Shown: positions 24,602-36,317, counted from the whole stretch's first letter. The stretch: DNA of 60,421 bases, filler included, from Stramenopiles sp. TOSAG23-2 (GCA_900128395.1; 5 parts of 5 records of this genome joined end to end with filler, not necessarily neighbours in it), one strand, 5' to 3'. Notes: generated from the letters alone by a model not told the origin. Made by a program: numbers and translations.

Positions 24602-27600
24602 ATGGATCCATTCCAGTTGTATAATTCAATATTTGTATATGATCCAGTAGCTATTCTTAAATTTGATACTTTTTTAGAAATTTTAGTCGTAGGAACAAAT
24701 AATGGTTGGATACGTGTTTTTGGTATGAAAACTTTAGAAATGCGAGCGTCATTCAGAGCTCATAATACAGCAGTACTTAATATAATATGTTCTAACTTCG
24801 GTATATTTTCATTGTCAAACAATACTATAGCACTGCATACACATAATGGTTTGCCAGTTAGTGGTGGTGTATTTGCAAACTTAGCGGAAAACCTGTCGAA
24901 ACTAGAAATAGTGGAAAATAATTTAAAAGATAAGTTAGATACACCACTTGAATTCACCGATATTTGTTTTGATTCTTCGCAATTTGATCAGCAGCAAAGA
25001 GCGCAGCGTTTGATAGCTTCGACCAATAGTAATTTATTATATGTTTTTGATTTAAATTTTGTAGGCATGAAAAGTAAAGATTCGACGCCTCATATTTTTT
25101 CTACAGGTGATATTGGAAGTATAAAAGGTATTAGTTGTTTAAAGTATGCGGAACGGAAAAAATATTTATTGTGCGGAACGATGAATGGTCGATTATTGGT
25201 CATTGATGGTGTTAAGATGCGCAAAGATAGTAAAACATATTCAATGATGAGCCAAAGTGGTCTTGTGCGCATATTAAAACAGGCCAATGTTTTGAGAGAG
25301 TATAATGCATTTCAAAATGAAGTAACTAGTATTGGTTTACAAAACGAGCAAGTTGTTATGACAGGATATTCAACTCGACAAATACATAAAAGTGCTTTCC
25401 AACAACAGCAAGACGCATTGCTGAAAGCAACGACAGGTGCAACGATCAAATCTGATTATCATGCAGATGTGCAAGTACAAATATTTGATTTGCGAAGGAT
25501 GACCCAATGTTTCCCGGTGCAATTTACATACCAAACTGCACCTGTGCAAGTGGATTTTTTACCTGAATCTAATTCTAAATGTTGCGCAATGGCAAAAAAT
25601 GGTACGTTATTGATATTAGATGCGACATATGATTTGTCACAAGCTGAAGTCTACCAAGGTAATCCCTCTGGAACGATCTCAACAACATTTGGTGTATCAT
25701 CAAATGGGCGTATCCTGGCAATTGGTGATAATGTTGGGGCCGTTCATGTATGGACAAATTACAACGAAAACGAGATTAATTTAAATCCTGAAGATGGTAT
25801 AAAAGCAACGTATTATGACCAACCATTAGCTGAATTACCGCAATTTTATGCACCTGATCCAGTATGTTCGATTCCACCAACACAGATTGTTCGTGGAGAT
25901 GGGCCACTGAATATGTTTGATTTAAATCAGGATGATGGTGTCCCAATGAAAGAACTTGGATTGGGAATTTATTCATATGAATCAAGTAGAAATGCCATAA
26001 ACAGACCAGTTTTTGAAAGTGGTATGTCCTACTCACCTTCTTATTTGTTTTCAAATTTACCAAAAGGATTTCAGCAGACCTTGGCAACTATTAAAAAACG
26101 TGCATTAGCCGTTAAACCTGAGGTGCTAGCAAAAGCTAATTTAGTTGATGGAGTGGCTTACATAGATGTAAATCATTTAACGACAGATAATGCTCCCGCT
26201 TTAACGGATATTTCTGGTAGTATATTGTATGGTAAAAATCAGCAATATATCATGTATGAAGCAGATTTGAGACATCAAGGCCGTGGTGGTGGTGGTGGTG
26301 AAGATAGTGTTATGGGAATGTACGATGATGTAGGAGAAGATTCATTGACGTATTTTTCTGCAGATGGAAAGCAAGTTCAAATACCACCTGAATCCGTTCG
26401 CTTTACAAATGGAGGATGGACAGGCAGTAAAATTGGACAAGGACTAGTTGGAGGTGGCTTGAATTTTAAATCAAAAACGGGAAAATATAACAATACTAAA
26501 TATGCTGGACTGGAAAATATGTTGGATAACTCGTATATTAACCCATTGATCGTGTGTTTTTATTTTTTAAAGCCAATTCGTAATTCTTTCATTGGTCATT
26601 TGAGCCCATTAGATCCTTGTTTGACAGATGAGCTAGGTTTTGCGTTTCATATGCTGGATGCGATTTATCATGAAGAGATACTTGATAAATCTATTAGTTT
26701 ATTAAATTTTCAAACTGCATTTCGACGTATTCCAGAGGCAGCTGCATTAGGTTTGTTGGAACCATCTAAATTAAATGTTCAGAGACGTATTGGCCACTCA
26801 ACAAGATTTTTAATGCAGCACTTGATGAAGGAAATGCAAATTACCGAGGATAAATACAAAAATATCAACCAAAGACGCAATAATAATAATAACAGTAATA
26901 CCAACAGCAACAGCAATAACAACAACAATCAATTTGTATCTGCATGTAAATTTGGTGGCAACGTTTTGGAAAAATTATTTGGTATGGAATTCCATAACAA
27001 AGATAAATCTTTAAGTGGATACGAAACGGATCGCTACACCACTTCTATGGTCGTTGATTTATTATCATTTAATGAAGCAGAAAAAATTATTGAAAACAAA
27101 GAATCAAACACAAATGCTAATACTGTTTCGGACAATACAGATACAGACAAAGTTACCGTGGAAGATGGCAAGGAAGAAGTTGAATCAACTGACAATACAA
27201 CTGTAATACCTCCTGTGACATATTCGTTTGCTGATAGTCTTCATAAAAGCATTACAAATACTGTTAGAGTTGCTAGGGCGTGGTGTGAAGGATCTAGAAA
27301 ATATGAACCATTGAAAAAATTTAGGAGACCTAGACAGTTACCACCATTTTTATGCATTAATGTCGTACCAAGTGATGATGGTGGCAAAGATTCAAAACCA
27401 AATGATAATTGGTTACAAGGTTGGAGAGAAGAATCTATTGCTACTCAAGAGGATGGCAATGCAAAGGATGACAAACGATTTTTGCCTCAACGATTCAAAA
27501 TAGAGTTGTCTGATAGTAGATTATTCAATGAAACAACAAAAAGCGAGGAAAATAACGGTGTCGAGGTAATTCCTATACATAATGATGAAAGTTTAGAAGA

Positions 27601-28693
27601 CACGCTTAAACAATCGGGAGGTAAAAGCAACCTTGGAACTGACAAAGCGCGCATTTATGAGTTAGTGTCTGTAATATCATGCGTTACGGATCCATTGAAA
27701 AAACATAAAAATAAGAATCAACATTTGATATGTCATGTAAAAGTAGAAGATGAATCTAATAATAGAAAGTGGATGGTTTTCAATGATATTAAAATATCTA
27801 CTATCGATTCGAATGGCGGAGGCAAAGGTAACGACGAGGTTGCTACAGATGTCTTGAATCCACTTGACTTTCGACCAACTTGGAGAACACCATGTGTACT
27901 GTTTTTCCGTTGCAGAGATTTTAATGCAAATGTGAATGAATATAACGACTCGCCTAGGATTAACATACCACGCAGTGTATTCCGTTCGCCTTCGCTAACG
28001 TCGAAGCGCCAAAACCAAATGCAGCAACAACAACACCGGCGTACGTTTCGATCATTAGACGAGGGTGAAAACTTAACTCGTGGTGATTTAGTCGCAATTG
28101 ATTGCGAATTTGTCTCAACTGGAGCAGAAGAATCGAAAGTTGATAGCAATGGGCGTAGAGTGGTAATGAAACCTAGCAAGCTTAGTCTTGCTCGTGTTAG
28201 TGTAACTCGGGCAAATGGTATACCATTTATTGATGATTACATATTAAAGACGGAGGCTGTAGTAGATTATTTGACCCGTTTCAGTGGTATCGTCCCTGGA
28301 GATTTAGACCCGAATACATCAAGGCATCATTTAGTCACTTTAAAAACTAGTTATTTGAAGTTACGCAATTTAGTTGATCAAGGTGTCACGTTTGTTGGTC
28401 ATGGTTTAAAGAAAGATTTTAATATGATTAATATTCATGTACCAGCAGATCAAATTATCGATACTGTACATTTGTTTCACTTACCAGGCCAAAGAATGAT
28501 CGGATTAGCATTTTTAGTAAAACATTTATTAGGTGCAGGAATACAAGATTCAAGTCAAGGACACGATTCAATTGAAGATGCCCATGGTGCATTGCTGTTG
28601 TACAAAAAATATCGAGAATTAAAAATGAATGGCAAATTAGATGAGGTTTTGAAAAAATTGTATGAAATTGGGCATAAAAATCGATGGAAATAA
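24602..28693 (+). CDS. PAN2: PAN2 poly(A) deadenylase subunit (WD40 + pseudo-UCH + DEDD exonuclease)
   Basis: YNNTKYAGLEN..NSYIN (UCH without catalytic Cys), CLTDELGFAFHML, VAIDCEFV, DYLTRFSGI, FVGHGLKKDF, HDSIEDA. Confidence 0.96.
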   Translation: MDPFQLYNSIFVYDPVAILKFDTFLEILVVGTNNGWIRVFGMKTLEMRASFRAHNTAVLNIICSNFGIFSLSNNTIALHTHNGLPVSGGVFANLAENLSKLEIVENNLKDKLDTPLEFTDICFDSSQFDQQQRAQRLIASTNSNLLYVFDLNFVGMKSKDSTPHIFSTGDIGSIKGISCLKYAERKKYLLCGTMNGRLLVIDGVKMRKDSKTYSMMSQSGLVRILKQANVLREYNAFQNEVTSIGLQNEQVVMTGYSTRQIHKSAFQQQQDALLKATTGATIKSDYHADVQVQIFDLRRMTQCFPVQFTYQTAPVQVDFLPESNSKCCAMAKNGTLLILDATYDLSQAEVYQGNPSGTISTTFGVSSNGRILAIGDNVGAVHVWTNYNENEINLNPEDGIKATYYDQPLAELPQFYAPDPVCSIPPTQIVRGDGPLNMFDLNQDDGVPMKELGLGIYSYESSRNAINRPVFESGMSYSPSYLFSNLPKGFQQTLATIKKRALAVKPEVLAKANLVDGVAYIDVNHLTTDNAPALTDISGSILYGKNQQYIMYEADLRHQGRGGGGGEDSVMGMYDDVGEDSLTYFSADGKQVQIPPESVRFTNGGWTGSKIGQGLVGGGLNFKSKTGKYNNTKYAGLENMLDNSYINPLIVCFYFLKPIRNSFIGHLSPLDPCLTDELGFAFHMLDAIYHEEILDKSISLLNFQTAFRRIPEAAALGLLEPSKLNVQRRIGHSTRFLMQHLMKEMQITEDKYKNINQRRNNNNNSNTNSNSNNNNNQFVSACKFGGNVLEKLFGMEFHNKDKSLSGYETDRYTTSMVVDLLSFNEAEKIIENKESNTNANTVSDNTDTDKVTVEDGKEEVESTDNTTVIPPVTYSFADSLHKSITNTVRVARAWCEGSRKYEPLKKFRRPRQLPPFLCINVVPSDDGGKDSKPNDNWLQGWREESIATQEDGNAKDDKRFLPQRFKIELSDSRLFNETTKSEENNGVEVIPIHNDESLEDTLKQSGGKSNLGTDKARIYELVSVISCVTDPLKKHKNKNQHLICHVKVEDESNNRKWMVFNDIKISTIDSNGGGKGNDEVATDVLNPLDFRPTWRTPCVLFFRCRDFNANVNEYNDSPRINIPRSVFRSPSLTSKRQNQMQQQQHRRTFRSLDEGENLTRGDLVAIDCEFVSTGAEESKVDSNGRRVVMKPSKLSLARVSVTRANGIPFIDDYILKTEAVVDYLTRFSGIVPGDLDPNTSRHHLVTLKTSYLKLRNLVDQGVTFVGHGLKKDFNMINIHVPADQIIDTVHLFHLPGQRMIGLAFLVKHLLGAGIQDSSQGHDSIEDAHGALLLYKKYRELKMNGKLDEVLKKLYEIGHKNRWK

Positions 28694-28829
28694 GACGGGG
28701 GGACACATGCAAAAGGAAAAAGAGAGAGAGAGAGAGAAAAGTAGAGTGTGCGTCTCGCGGTGAGCGTACAAAACTTAAAAATATGATACGTACGAGCGCG
28801 TATTAATTATTATTTTTCTTTTAATGATA

Positions 28830-29684
28830 TCAAATCTCATCATTGCTTGTCATCAAAATTTTATTCGTCATCATTTGTTGCAATGTTTTGTATTGTTCAT
28901 ATGTATCAATTCCGTGTATATGCTGTCCATCAACATTAACAACTTTTACTTTCCAATTTGCTTCAATTGCACGCAATTGTTCTAAATTTTCAAGGTTTTC
29001 CATAGATTCGGGATTATCTTTCGATTTTAAATTTGTAAATTCATACAAACGTTCAGGGCGATATGCATAAACACCTATATGATGATATTGTTGAGACATC
29101 ATTGACGTATTGTTTCCATCATTATCAATATCATAAAAAGGCTTTCGCGAGAAATTTATTGCATAATTGTTTTCATCATGATTATATTTACACTTTACAA
29201 TATTTGAATCACGAATCATTTTTAAATATTCATCATCATTATCTTTGCACTCCCGTATTGGTGTGACAATTGTTGCCATATCTGCGTTAATATCACTATA
29301 AAAATAATTCAAACATTTCTCAACAGATTCCATAGATACAAATGGTTCGTCACCTTGAACATTGATAATACCATCCCACGGAAATTCTCTATTATAAGCG
29401 TCATAACCTTCGTTGACTAATGCATTTACCAATCGATCAGTACCCGATTTACAATTCGAATCAGTCAATACTGTCCGCACTAAATTATTATTTAAATAAT
29501 TTTTATTTACAATATTTAATATATCTTCACTATCACTTGCTACCCAAATATTACTAATTAAATTACATTTTTTTACTCTATCAACTGTACGTAAAATCAT
29601 TTCCCTACCACATATTTTCACCAAAGGTTTTCTCGGAAAACGCGTTGATTGTAAACGCGATGGGATAATAGCTAATGTTTTCAT
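28830..29684 (-). CDS. kdsB: 3-deoxy-manno-octulosonate cytidylyltransferase (CMP-Kdo synthetase)
   Basis: IIPSRLQSTRFPRKPL, SGTDR, INVQGDEP, FSR, HIGVYAY, ENLEQLRAIE, GIDT. Confidence 0.92.
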   Translation of the reverse strand: MKTLAIIPSRLQSTRFPRKPLVKICGREMILRTVDRVKKCNLISNIWVASDSEDILNIVNKNYLNNNLVRTVLTDSNCKSGTDRLVNALVNEGYDAYNREFPWDGIINVQGDEPFVSMESVEKCLNYFYSDINADMATIVTPIRECKDNDDEYLKMIRDSNIVKCKYNHDENNYAINFSRKPFYDIDNDGNNTSMMSQQYHHIGVYAYRPERLYEFTNLKSKDNPESMENLENLEQLRAIEANWKVKVVNVDGQHIHGIDTYEQYKTLQQMMTNKILMTSNDEI

Positions 29685-30315
29685 CTTGATACCTCATGTT
29701 ATTATTCCATGGATTTATCTGTCTGATTTATATCTATATTAATATTGCTTCCTTTAAATTCTTATTTTATATATAATATTTTCAAAAGATATATTTCTGC
29801 TCTGGTCTGGCTAAGGAAGGCTGTGGTGCTCCCTCTATTGTGCTGCTAGCTGGTGTTAAACGTACACAAGTACAAGAAATAGTAGTGTATAATATCTTGT
29901 TAATGTGAAAACTTTTTGATGTGCAGCCTTTTTTTTTACTTAAGTGTGCTGGTGTGCCAGTGTGCCAGGCGTGCCAGCCCTAAGGCCAGTGTTATTATAG
30001 TGCTTTCTGGCCTTTTTTCCAAGGTTTTTCTGTGGTACCTGTATCGTGTATTAACTGGAATTAGTGGCGGCTTTCCAGCTTTGCCACAGCACAGCAGGTT
30101 GCTCTTTTTATTTTTTATAGATTAAGTTTATTTTTTATAGATTAAAGATTGGACGTTATGCAACTTATCATAATAATCAAAAATACAACGTCAGGAGGAT
30201 TATAATAAATACAAGCACAACAAACAATCAGAATAATATATGCAGGAAGAAAAACGAGAAATTAAATACACACAACTTCCAGTAACCAACGCATTACCAT
30301 TTGATTAAAACCAGA

Positions 30316-31827
30316 ATGACTAACTATAACTGTAAAAACGAACGAAAAACGATACATCAATTGTCTACGGAGAATAATAATGTTAACAATAATATGACGA
30401 ATAGTCTTCCTCCGCGTAGAATGTATTTGTCATACCTATTTAGTCTGTTATATATATCAGTTATTCTTTCTATTGGCATATTCGCAGGAAAGAAATCACT
30501 CGAGGCTATTATAAATATTAATAATGAATTTTCCTTTGATGATACAGATATACAATCTATTAGAGGGGGTGGAAGTATCGGTAGAAGTTTAACTGCTGAA
30601 GAAGGAACCGTTATACTGGGAATTGTAAGGAACAATCTTTATTGGCAAGACTACTTAGAAACTAATGCAGGCGGCGAAGACACAGAAAATGCGGAAGAGG
30701 GAGAACTACCAAAAGTACAAATTGATCTTCGTGGGTGGATCAGCGATGCAGAGTGTTTTGCTGGCAATCGAGCCGATGCACTTGCCCCAAATGTCAATTA
30801 CAAAGGTAATTGCTACCACAGACCGGTGAAAAACGCTTATGCAAATGCTTATACAGACAGTGCTACAAACTATTTGACACCAACTAATATTATCAATCCT
30901 ATGCATTATGGTGAATATCAAACTCGACAGGAAGAACGATGTGCTTTAGGAGGAGGTTCAAACTGTGACACGGAAACTGAAGAAACTGAAGCAATTCAAG
31001 ATTGTGCGGAAAGAGATCAGCATCGCTGTACAAGGATAGCAGATAGTTATGCAGGCAAATATTGTATAAAATGTTGCAAGCCAGACAGTATGGTAGAGCA
31101 AAAAGCAGTTGAAATGACGGATAGAGATAAAGAATATTTTACAAAATCAAATAGGGATATAGAGAAAGGCCACTTAACTGCAACGTGGGATATTCTATGT
31201 GATGATAATCAGGAGGATCCAACGTACGGAATCAATGCAGATGGGGGTAATTTTCCAACAAAAGATCTCCATGTATATGATGGTGGTTATCAATTTATTT
31301 TTGTAAATTGGGCAGAAGATACAAGGGGAAACCCACAACCAATGGAGGTTGAAAATATGGTATTAGTGGAATGCGATTGGGGAGAAGTAATTGATGGGAC
31401 GTTTACGAAGTTTCCAAATTGGCCGTGGGGATGGCCGAAAAAGAATGATGGTTTAACTGACAAAGAATCTGAATATTATGACAAAAACATGCAAGGTTTT
31501 CATGTGTATCTGTGGGTAGAAGCAAGAAATCATGGCTCGCAACCAAGAAAGGGTGTAAGAAAATGCAAAGTAGAACCTATTTGGGAAGTTCAAAGGCCAG
31601 GGAAACCGTGTACACGGCAAGTAGTGGATGGATGTTTATACAATGAAAAATATACCATTTACTATGAAAATCCTTCTCCCACTTATAGTCTATTTCTATG
31701 GATACCACTTGGTTTATTAATTTGTGGATATTGCATATCTGCTGTTGTTGGTTATGCAGGTGGTTGGTGGGGTCAATGGTTGGATACAGGCGTTGGAATT
31801 AACTGGTGTCCTACCTGGACAAAGTAA
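30316..31827 (+). CDS. Hypothetical membrane protein with a Cys/Trp-rich luminal domain between two TM segments
   Basis: First ATG at 30316; TM YLFSLLYISVILSIGIFAG; many Cys; C-terminal TM LFLWIPLGLLICGYCISAVVG. Confidence 0.7.
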   Translation: MTNYNCKNERKTIHQLSTENNNVNNNMTNSLPPRRMYLSYLFSLLYISVILSIGIFAGKKSLEAIININNEFSFDDTDIQSIRGGGSIGRSLTAEEGTVILGIVRNNLYWQDYLETNAGGEDTENAEEGELPKVQIDLRGWISDAECFAGNRADALAPNVNYKGNCYHRPVKNAYANAYTDSATNYLTPTNIINPMHYGEYQTRQEERCALGGGSNCDTETEETEAIQDCAERDQHRCTRIADSYAGKYCIKCCKPDSMVEQKAVEMTDRDKEYFTKSNRDIEKGHLTATWDILCDDNQEDPTYGINADGGNFPTKDLHVYDGGYQFIFVNWAEDTRGNPQPMEVENMVLVECDWGEVIDGTFTKFPNWPWGWPKKNDGLTDKESEYYDKNMQGFHVYLWVEARNHGSQPRKGVRKCKVEPIWEVQRPGKPCTRQVVDGCLYNEKYTIYYENPSPTYSLFLWIPLGLLICGYCISAVVGYAGGWWGQWLDTGVGINWCPTWTK

Positions 31828-32211
31828 AAGGTGTAATAATAATATATAAATATAAAAGAAATAAATCTAAATTCAATCAACAAAATAATTTTTTTTTTTC
31901 ATTTTATTGTATTGCACTCCAGCACTACTACTGTTGCTACTAATAGTAGTCCAGTATATCTAGTAGTAATATGATTTTTGAAAAAACAAAACAACATTAT
32001 GTATAATAACATGCACACATCATTGCCATAATAAATAATAATAATACAGTAGTATGTCAAATCATCATCATCTTCTCATCCTCCTCCAATAATCTATATA
32101 ATGTTGCTACATGTAATCATAAAACTAATTCATATATAATTTAATAAACCATTTGCCTTCCCGAAACAATGAACATACGATAGAATTTCTATCCTTTTCA
32201 TCACAATTGAC

Positions 32212-33189
32212 ATGTCATCTTGTTTGACATCTTGCGCTAAGCAAATTGCCAAATTAGAAGCAGTAATACAACGGGATGAAGGTGGTAGAGGAATAAAGAA
32301 ACTATGTCAACCGGAAGGGACATTATACAATTTAGCTACACACTTGTTATCAGCTGATAAATTTACAATTCTTACAGGTTTCCCTTGCTTACAACGTGAA
32401 GCAGGGGAGGAGCAAGATTTACCACCCACAGAGACCGATGGTCCTTCAGGTGCAATCGCAATTTGTAGGGCTTTATTGCGTTTAAATCATGAAAATGAAG
32501 TGGTCATCGCAACCGATGTATGTAACGCAGCTGTCATGGAAGCATGTGCAACTAACTTAAAATCTGAAAGTAATTCATCTTGGAGAGTAGAAATATTCCA
32601 ACCTAAAAATTTATGGAATGATGAGGAACAAATTAGATTAGAAAATATCGCTAAATGGTCTAACCATATTCTTGCAATTGAACGCGGTTCAATAGCTGCG
32701 GATGGAAATGCATATACGATGAGTGGAAAAATTATGGGGCCAGATTTAATGGCACCGCTTGACCAACTATTTCAAGAAGATTTTCGATTGAAATACCCAA
32801 CTTATTCCACTTCTTGTATTGGTGATGGAGGCAATGAATTGGGAATGGGTTCCATTTCAAATTTAATCCATGATCATGTTGCAAATGGAAAAACAATTGC
32901 TAGTGCTTCTCCATGTGACATTTTGTTGTGTGCTTCGGTGTCAAATTGGGGGGGATATGCAACTGCAGCTGCACTTGAAGTGCTTTCTAAAGTTGGAAAT
33001 ACTGAAGATGAAAATATTAAAACGACGTTACTCACATCAGAAAAAGAAGAAATAAATACCATTCAAGCAAGCAATGATGCGGGTGCAAGGGATGGAATAA
33101 GTGGTAAAGGTGATTTATATGTTGACGGGATGGATATTAGTGTGCATATTGGTATTTTGAAAGAATTGGAAACTATTTGTAAAATATGA
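32212..33189 (+). CDS. D-glutamate cyclase-like protein (DUF4392 domain)
   Basis: ILTGFP, ETDGPSGA, AIERGS.AADGNAYTMSG, IGDGGNELGMG, SVSNWGGY. Confidence 0.88.
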   Translation: MSSCLTSCAKQIAKLEAVIQRDEGGRGIKKLCQPEGTLYNLATHLLSADKFTILTGFPCLQREAGEEQDLPPTETDGPSGAIAICRALLRLNHENEVVIATDVCNAAVMEACATNLKSESNSSWRVEIFQPKNLWNDEEQIRLENIAKWSNHILAIERGSIAADGNAYTMSGKIMGPDLMAPLDQLFQEDFRLKYPTYSTSCIGDGGNELGMGSISNLIHDHVANGKTIASASPCDILLCASVSNWGGYATAAALEVLSKVGNTEDENIKTTLLTSEKEEINTIQASNDAGARDGISGKGDLYVDGMDISVHIGILKELETICKI

Positions 33190-33272
33190 GATGAAAAAAA
33201 ATTACCTGTAAATATATATTTTGGAGTTTTTGAATAAATTATGTGTATGCCGGTATGCGCGTTTTTCTATTT

Positions 33273-35966
33273 TCATTGCTGCGAATTTTTTTTTCGTAAC
33301 AGTTGATATTTACGCATTGACATTTTGTTCCAACGTCTTTCGCCATGGTCGTATTCTATACAATGCATTTGTCTCTCAGCATCAATTCCAACAATTGTCC
33401 CTTTGTACCATTCATCATATCTTGCATGATAAACACGTAAACGTTTTCCAACATCTTGCATCATTTGATTATGCAAAGCCTCTAATTCTTGTGGTAAACC
33501 TTGCGTTAATGTATTATTATTCTTACCAGCACCCTTACTACCTTTTTTCTTCTTCTTCTTCTTTTTTTTACGAGTACCACGTTTCGTGGCATTTCCATCT
33601 CCACTTGTTTCATTAAAAAACGTTTTCTGAGTTTGTGCATATGGGTGTTTTCCTTGTTTATTATTGTTATTTTTATTGCTGTTACGATCATCATTTTCTG
33701 CATCTTTTCCAATATTTTCTTTACGAAGTGTTGGATTGTTTAACAACATATCACTTAAAATGGACGATGCATTTTTTGGTTGTGGTGTGTTACTTTCTGG
33801 TACATCGCGTTCACGCATAATTGCATTGTTAGTATTATTGCCCTTAGTATCACTATTACCAACCATATCTTTATATTGATCATCATTCCAAATACCTTTT
33901 TCAAAATTATCTGCACGCTCATCTAATCGATCAGCGAGTACGCCCACACCACCCATTATATTATTATTATTACTACTATTATTACTTTCATCCAACATGG
34001 AATCAAAATCAGATGCATATTCATCATCATCCTCATTATTATCATCATCTGCATTCTCAATAGTATTAATTATATTTTTGTTGTCATTGGAATGAAAATC
34101 GTTTAAATTATCTATTAAAATCTTATTATTTTCTGTACTGCCGTTACTATATTTATTTTGGGAACCAACTTGATCATGCCTTAATCCATTACTGCTGTTG
34201 TTATTAAATTGATCTTCCTCTTGGTTCGACGATCTAGCAGATTTTAATTCAATTAAATTATCAGCTGAATTAGTATTAACTTGTGGCAAACGAGGTATTT
34301 GAGATACAACTGGTGGTCTTGCTTGGTAATAATGTTGAGACGTTTGTACAGGTAGATTTTTGCCATGATGCTGATGATGATGAGTAGAGTTACTATTGCT
34401 GTTGCCACTACCATATACGTTAGCTATATTTACTCTATTATTTTGGATCATTTTTTTCTTCTTCTTCCCTTGCATTTTTTTCCTATTACCTCTTTTATTA
34501 TTATTATTTCTTCTTGTTTTTTTTCCATTACCACCATGCTTTAAATATTCTAACTCTCGCCTTAATTCTTCATTTTCCTCTTTTAAATGTTGATTTTCTT
34601 GACGCAATACGACTTGATCGAAGCTACGTGGCTCTACACCAGCATCTTTTAATTGCATTCGCAAGCCTTCAATAGCATTTTTCAATCTAGCAATTTCCCT
34701 TTCCGCACTGATTAACTTTTGTTTATTGTCGACGATTTGATTTGGCTTAACACGTACCATCACTTGTCGCGCACGGTCGGCAAATTGTAACGTTGATAAC
34801 GTATGCTCAGCACTTCTTTTGGTAGGTGCAATTGTTGCTATAATACATGTTTTAGTATTTCCTCCGAGCGAATCTTCTAATAAGCGTGTTAAAACACTAT
34901 CACGATAAGGAACATGTGAAACATTTGCCTTCGTCAATCGCTGTATACAATTACCCAAAGCGCTTAAACTTGTATTGATTTCCTTTAATTCTTTTTCATG
35001 TTTTTTTTTCATATTTACTCTAGTATTCCATTTTTCTGAACCAGCTAAATCAACACAATTCAATTTCGCAACACGAACAACTCGACCACCATTTTTCTTC
35101 ATGATGCTTGTTTCCACTGTCATTTGTAATATAGCATGCGATCGACTACTTTGTTCATTGTATTGTGTTGCCCGTACCGCACGATTCCTACTACCATGCT
35201 GCAATAATAATAATACATCACTAGCACTTGTAACACGATATTCTGATAGTCCTTGTACAAAAATTTCTGGATTTGAATTTCGACCATTTGCGCTTTCTCT
35301 AATTTGCAATTTGTTGGAGCGCGATGGATCTGCTAGTAAATCATACAATTTATTGTTATATATTTGCATGTACGAACAATGCACAACAGCGCCACCAGCC
35401 ATTGAATTAAAAGCCTCATCATCATCGCCGTTTTGTTTTTCCCTATTTACCATTTCTTTATCATCATTTAAACATGTAAATATATCAACAATAGCACGAG
35501 GCATAACACCCCAATCATCTGTATCTGTTTCAGATATAGGCGTGCCACGCATCATTTGACTTTCTAAATCTTTCCCAAGCATAGTATATGTCTTACCACT
35601 ACTAGTTTGACCATAGGCAAATATAGTACTATTCATTCCAGATAAGACTGCTCTGACTCGTGGCGCAATTATTTCATATATTTCACTTTGTGAGGAGTTA
35701 CCGCTCAATACTTTGTCATATGAACATGTAACTTCATGCTTTTCTGTAAGTAATTTGATTGATTTGTCATCTACAACATCAACAGCTTGTTCTTGTGATA
35801 TTTCTTTTCCTAATGGCGGTCTTACGCGAACAAGCACTTGAAATGCCTCTTCTTTCCCAGCAGAAGTGGCTGTGGAGGCCGTTGACGATGCTGCTGAGGT
35901 TATATCACGCTTTGTAATACCGTCATCATCTTCATCGTCATTCGCATCAAGTTTCGTATTTTCCAT
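33273..35966 (-). CDS. Kinesin (N-terminal motor, coiled coil, low-complexity linker, C-terminal Tudor-like domain)
   Basis: VRVRP, AYGQTSSGKT, NEQSSRSH, VDLAGSE, HVPYRDSVLTRLL.DSLGGN. Confidence 0.95.
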   Translation of the reverse strand: MENTKLDANDDEDDDGITKRDITSAASSTASTATSAGKEEAFQVLVRVRPPLGKEISQEQAVDVVDDKSIKLLTEKHEVTCSYDKVLSGNSSQSEIYEIIAPRVRAVLSGMNSTIFAYGQTSSGKTYTMLGKDLESQMMRGTPISETDTDDWGVMPRAIVDIFTCLNDDKEMVNREKQNGDDDEAFNSMAGGAVVHCSYMQIYNNKLYDLLADPSRSNKLQIRESANGRNSNPEIFVQGLSEYRVTSASDVLLLLQHGSRNRAVRATQYNEQSSRSHAILQMTVETSIMKKNGGRVVRVAKLNCVDLAGSEKWNTRVNMKKKHEKELKEINTSLSALGNCIQRLTKANVSHVPYRDSVLTRLLEDSLGGNTKTCIIATIAPTKRSAEHTLSTLQFADRARQVMVRVKPNQIVDNKQKLISAEREIARLKNAIEGLRMQLKDAGVEPRSFDQVVLRQENQHLKEENEELRRELEYLKHGGNGKKTRRNNNNKRGNRKKMQGKKKKKMIQNNRVNIANVYGSGNSNSNSTHHHQHHGKNLPVQTSQHYYQARPPVVSQIPRLPQVNTNSADNLIELKSARSSNQEEDQFNNNSSNGLRHDQVGSQNKYSNGSTENNKILIDNLNDFHSNDNKNIINTIENADDDNNEDDDEYASDFDSMLDESNNSSNNNNIMGGVGVLADRLDERADNFEKGIWNDDQYKDMVGNSDTKGNNTNNAIMRERDVPESNTPQPKNASSILSDMLLNNPTLRKENIGKDAENDDRNSNKNNNNKQGKHPYAQTQKTFFNETSGDGNATKRGTRKKKKKKKKKGSKGAGKNNNTLTQGLPQELEALHNQMMQDVGKRLRVYHARYDEWYKGTIVGIDAERQMHCIEYDHGERRWNKMSMRKYQLLRKKNSQQ

Positions 35967-36317
35967 TATATTCTATATATATGTAAATAATTATATATAT
36001 GTGTGTGTATACAATATAGCACCAAAAACGTTATTGGGTTTTACTATCTACTTGTATCGTTTCCATATCGGTCATGTCGATCTCTTTCAAATATATAAAC
36101 ATATCCGATATATATATATATATTTTTTTTTGGTTTGAAAAAAAAGTATAACGTTCTTCAAATATACCTTACTCGCGGGCTTATACTTAACAAAATAAAT
36201 TGTATTCTTTTAGCATCCGTTTTACTATCTATCACAATATTTTGAAAAAAACTTGAAAATGTAATACAAATAGTTTGCGATCAACATGGGCCACCTGGAA
36301 AAACACGACGCCCCCTC

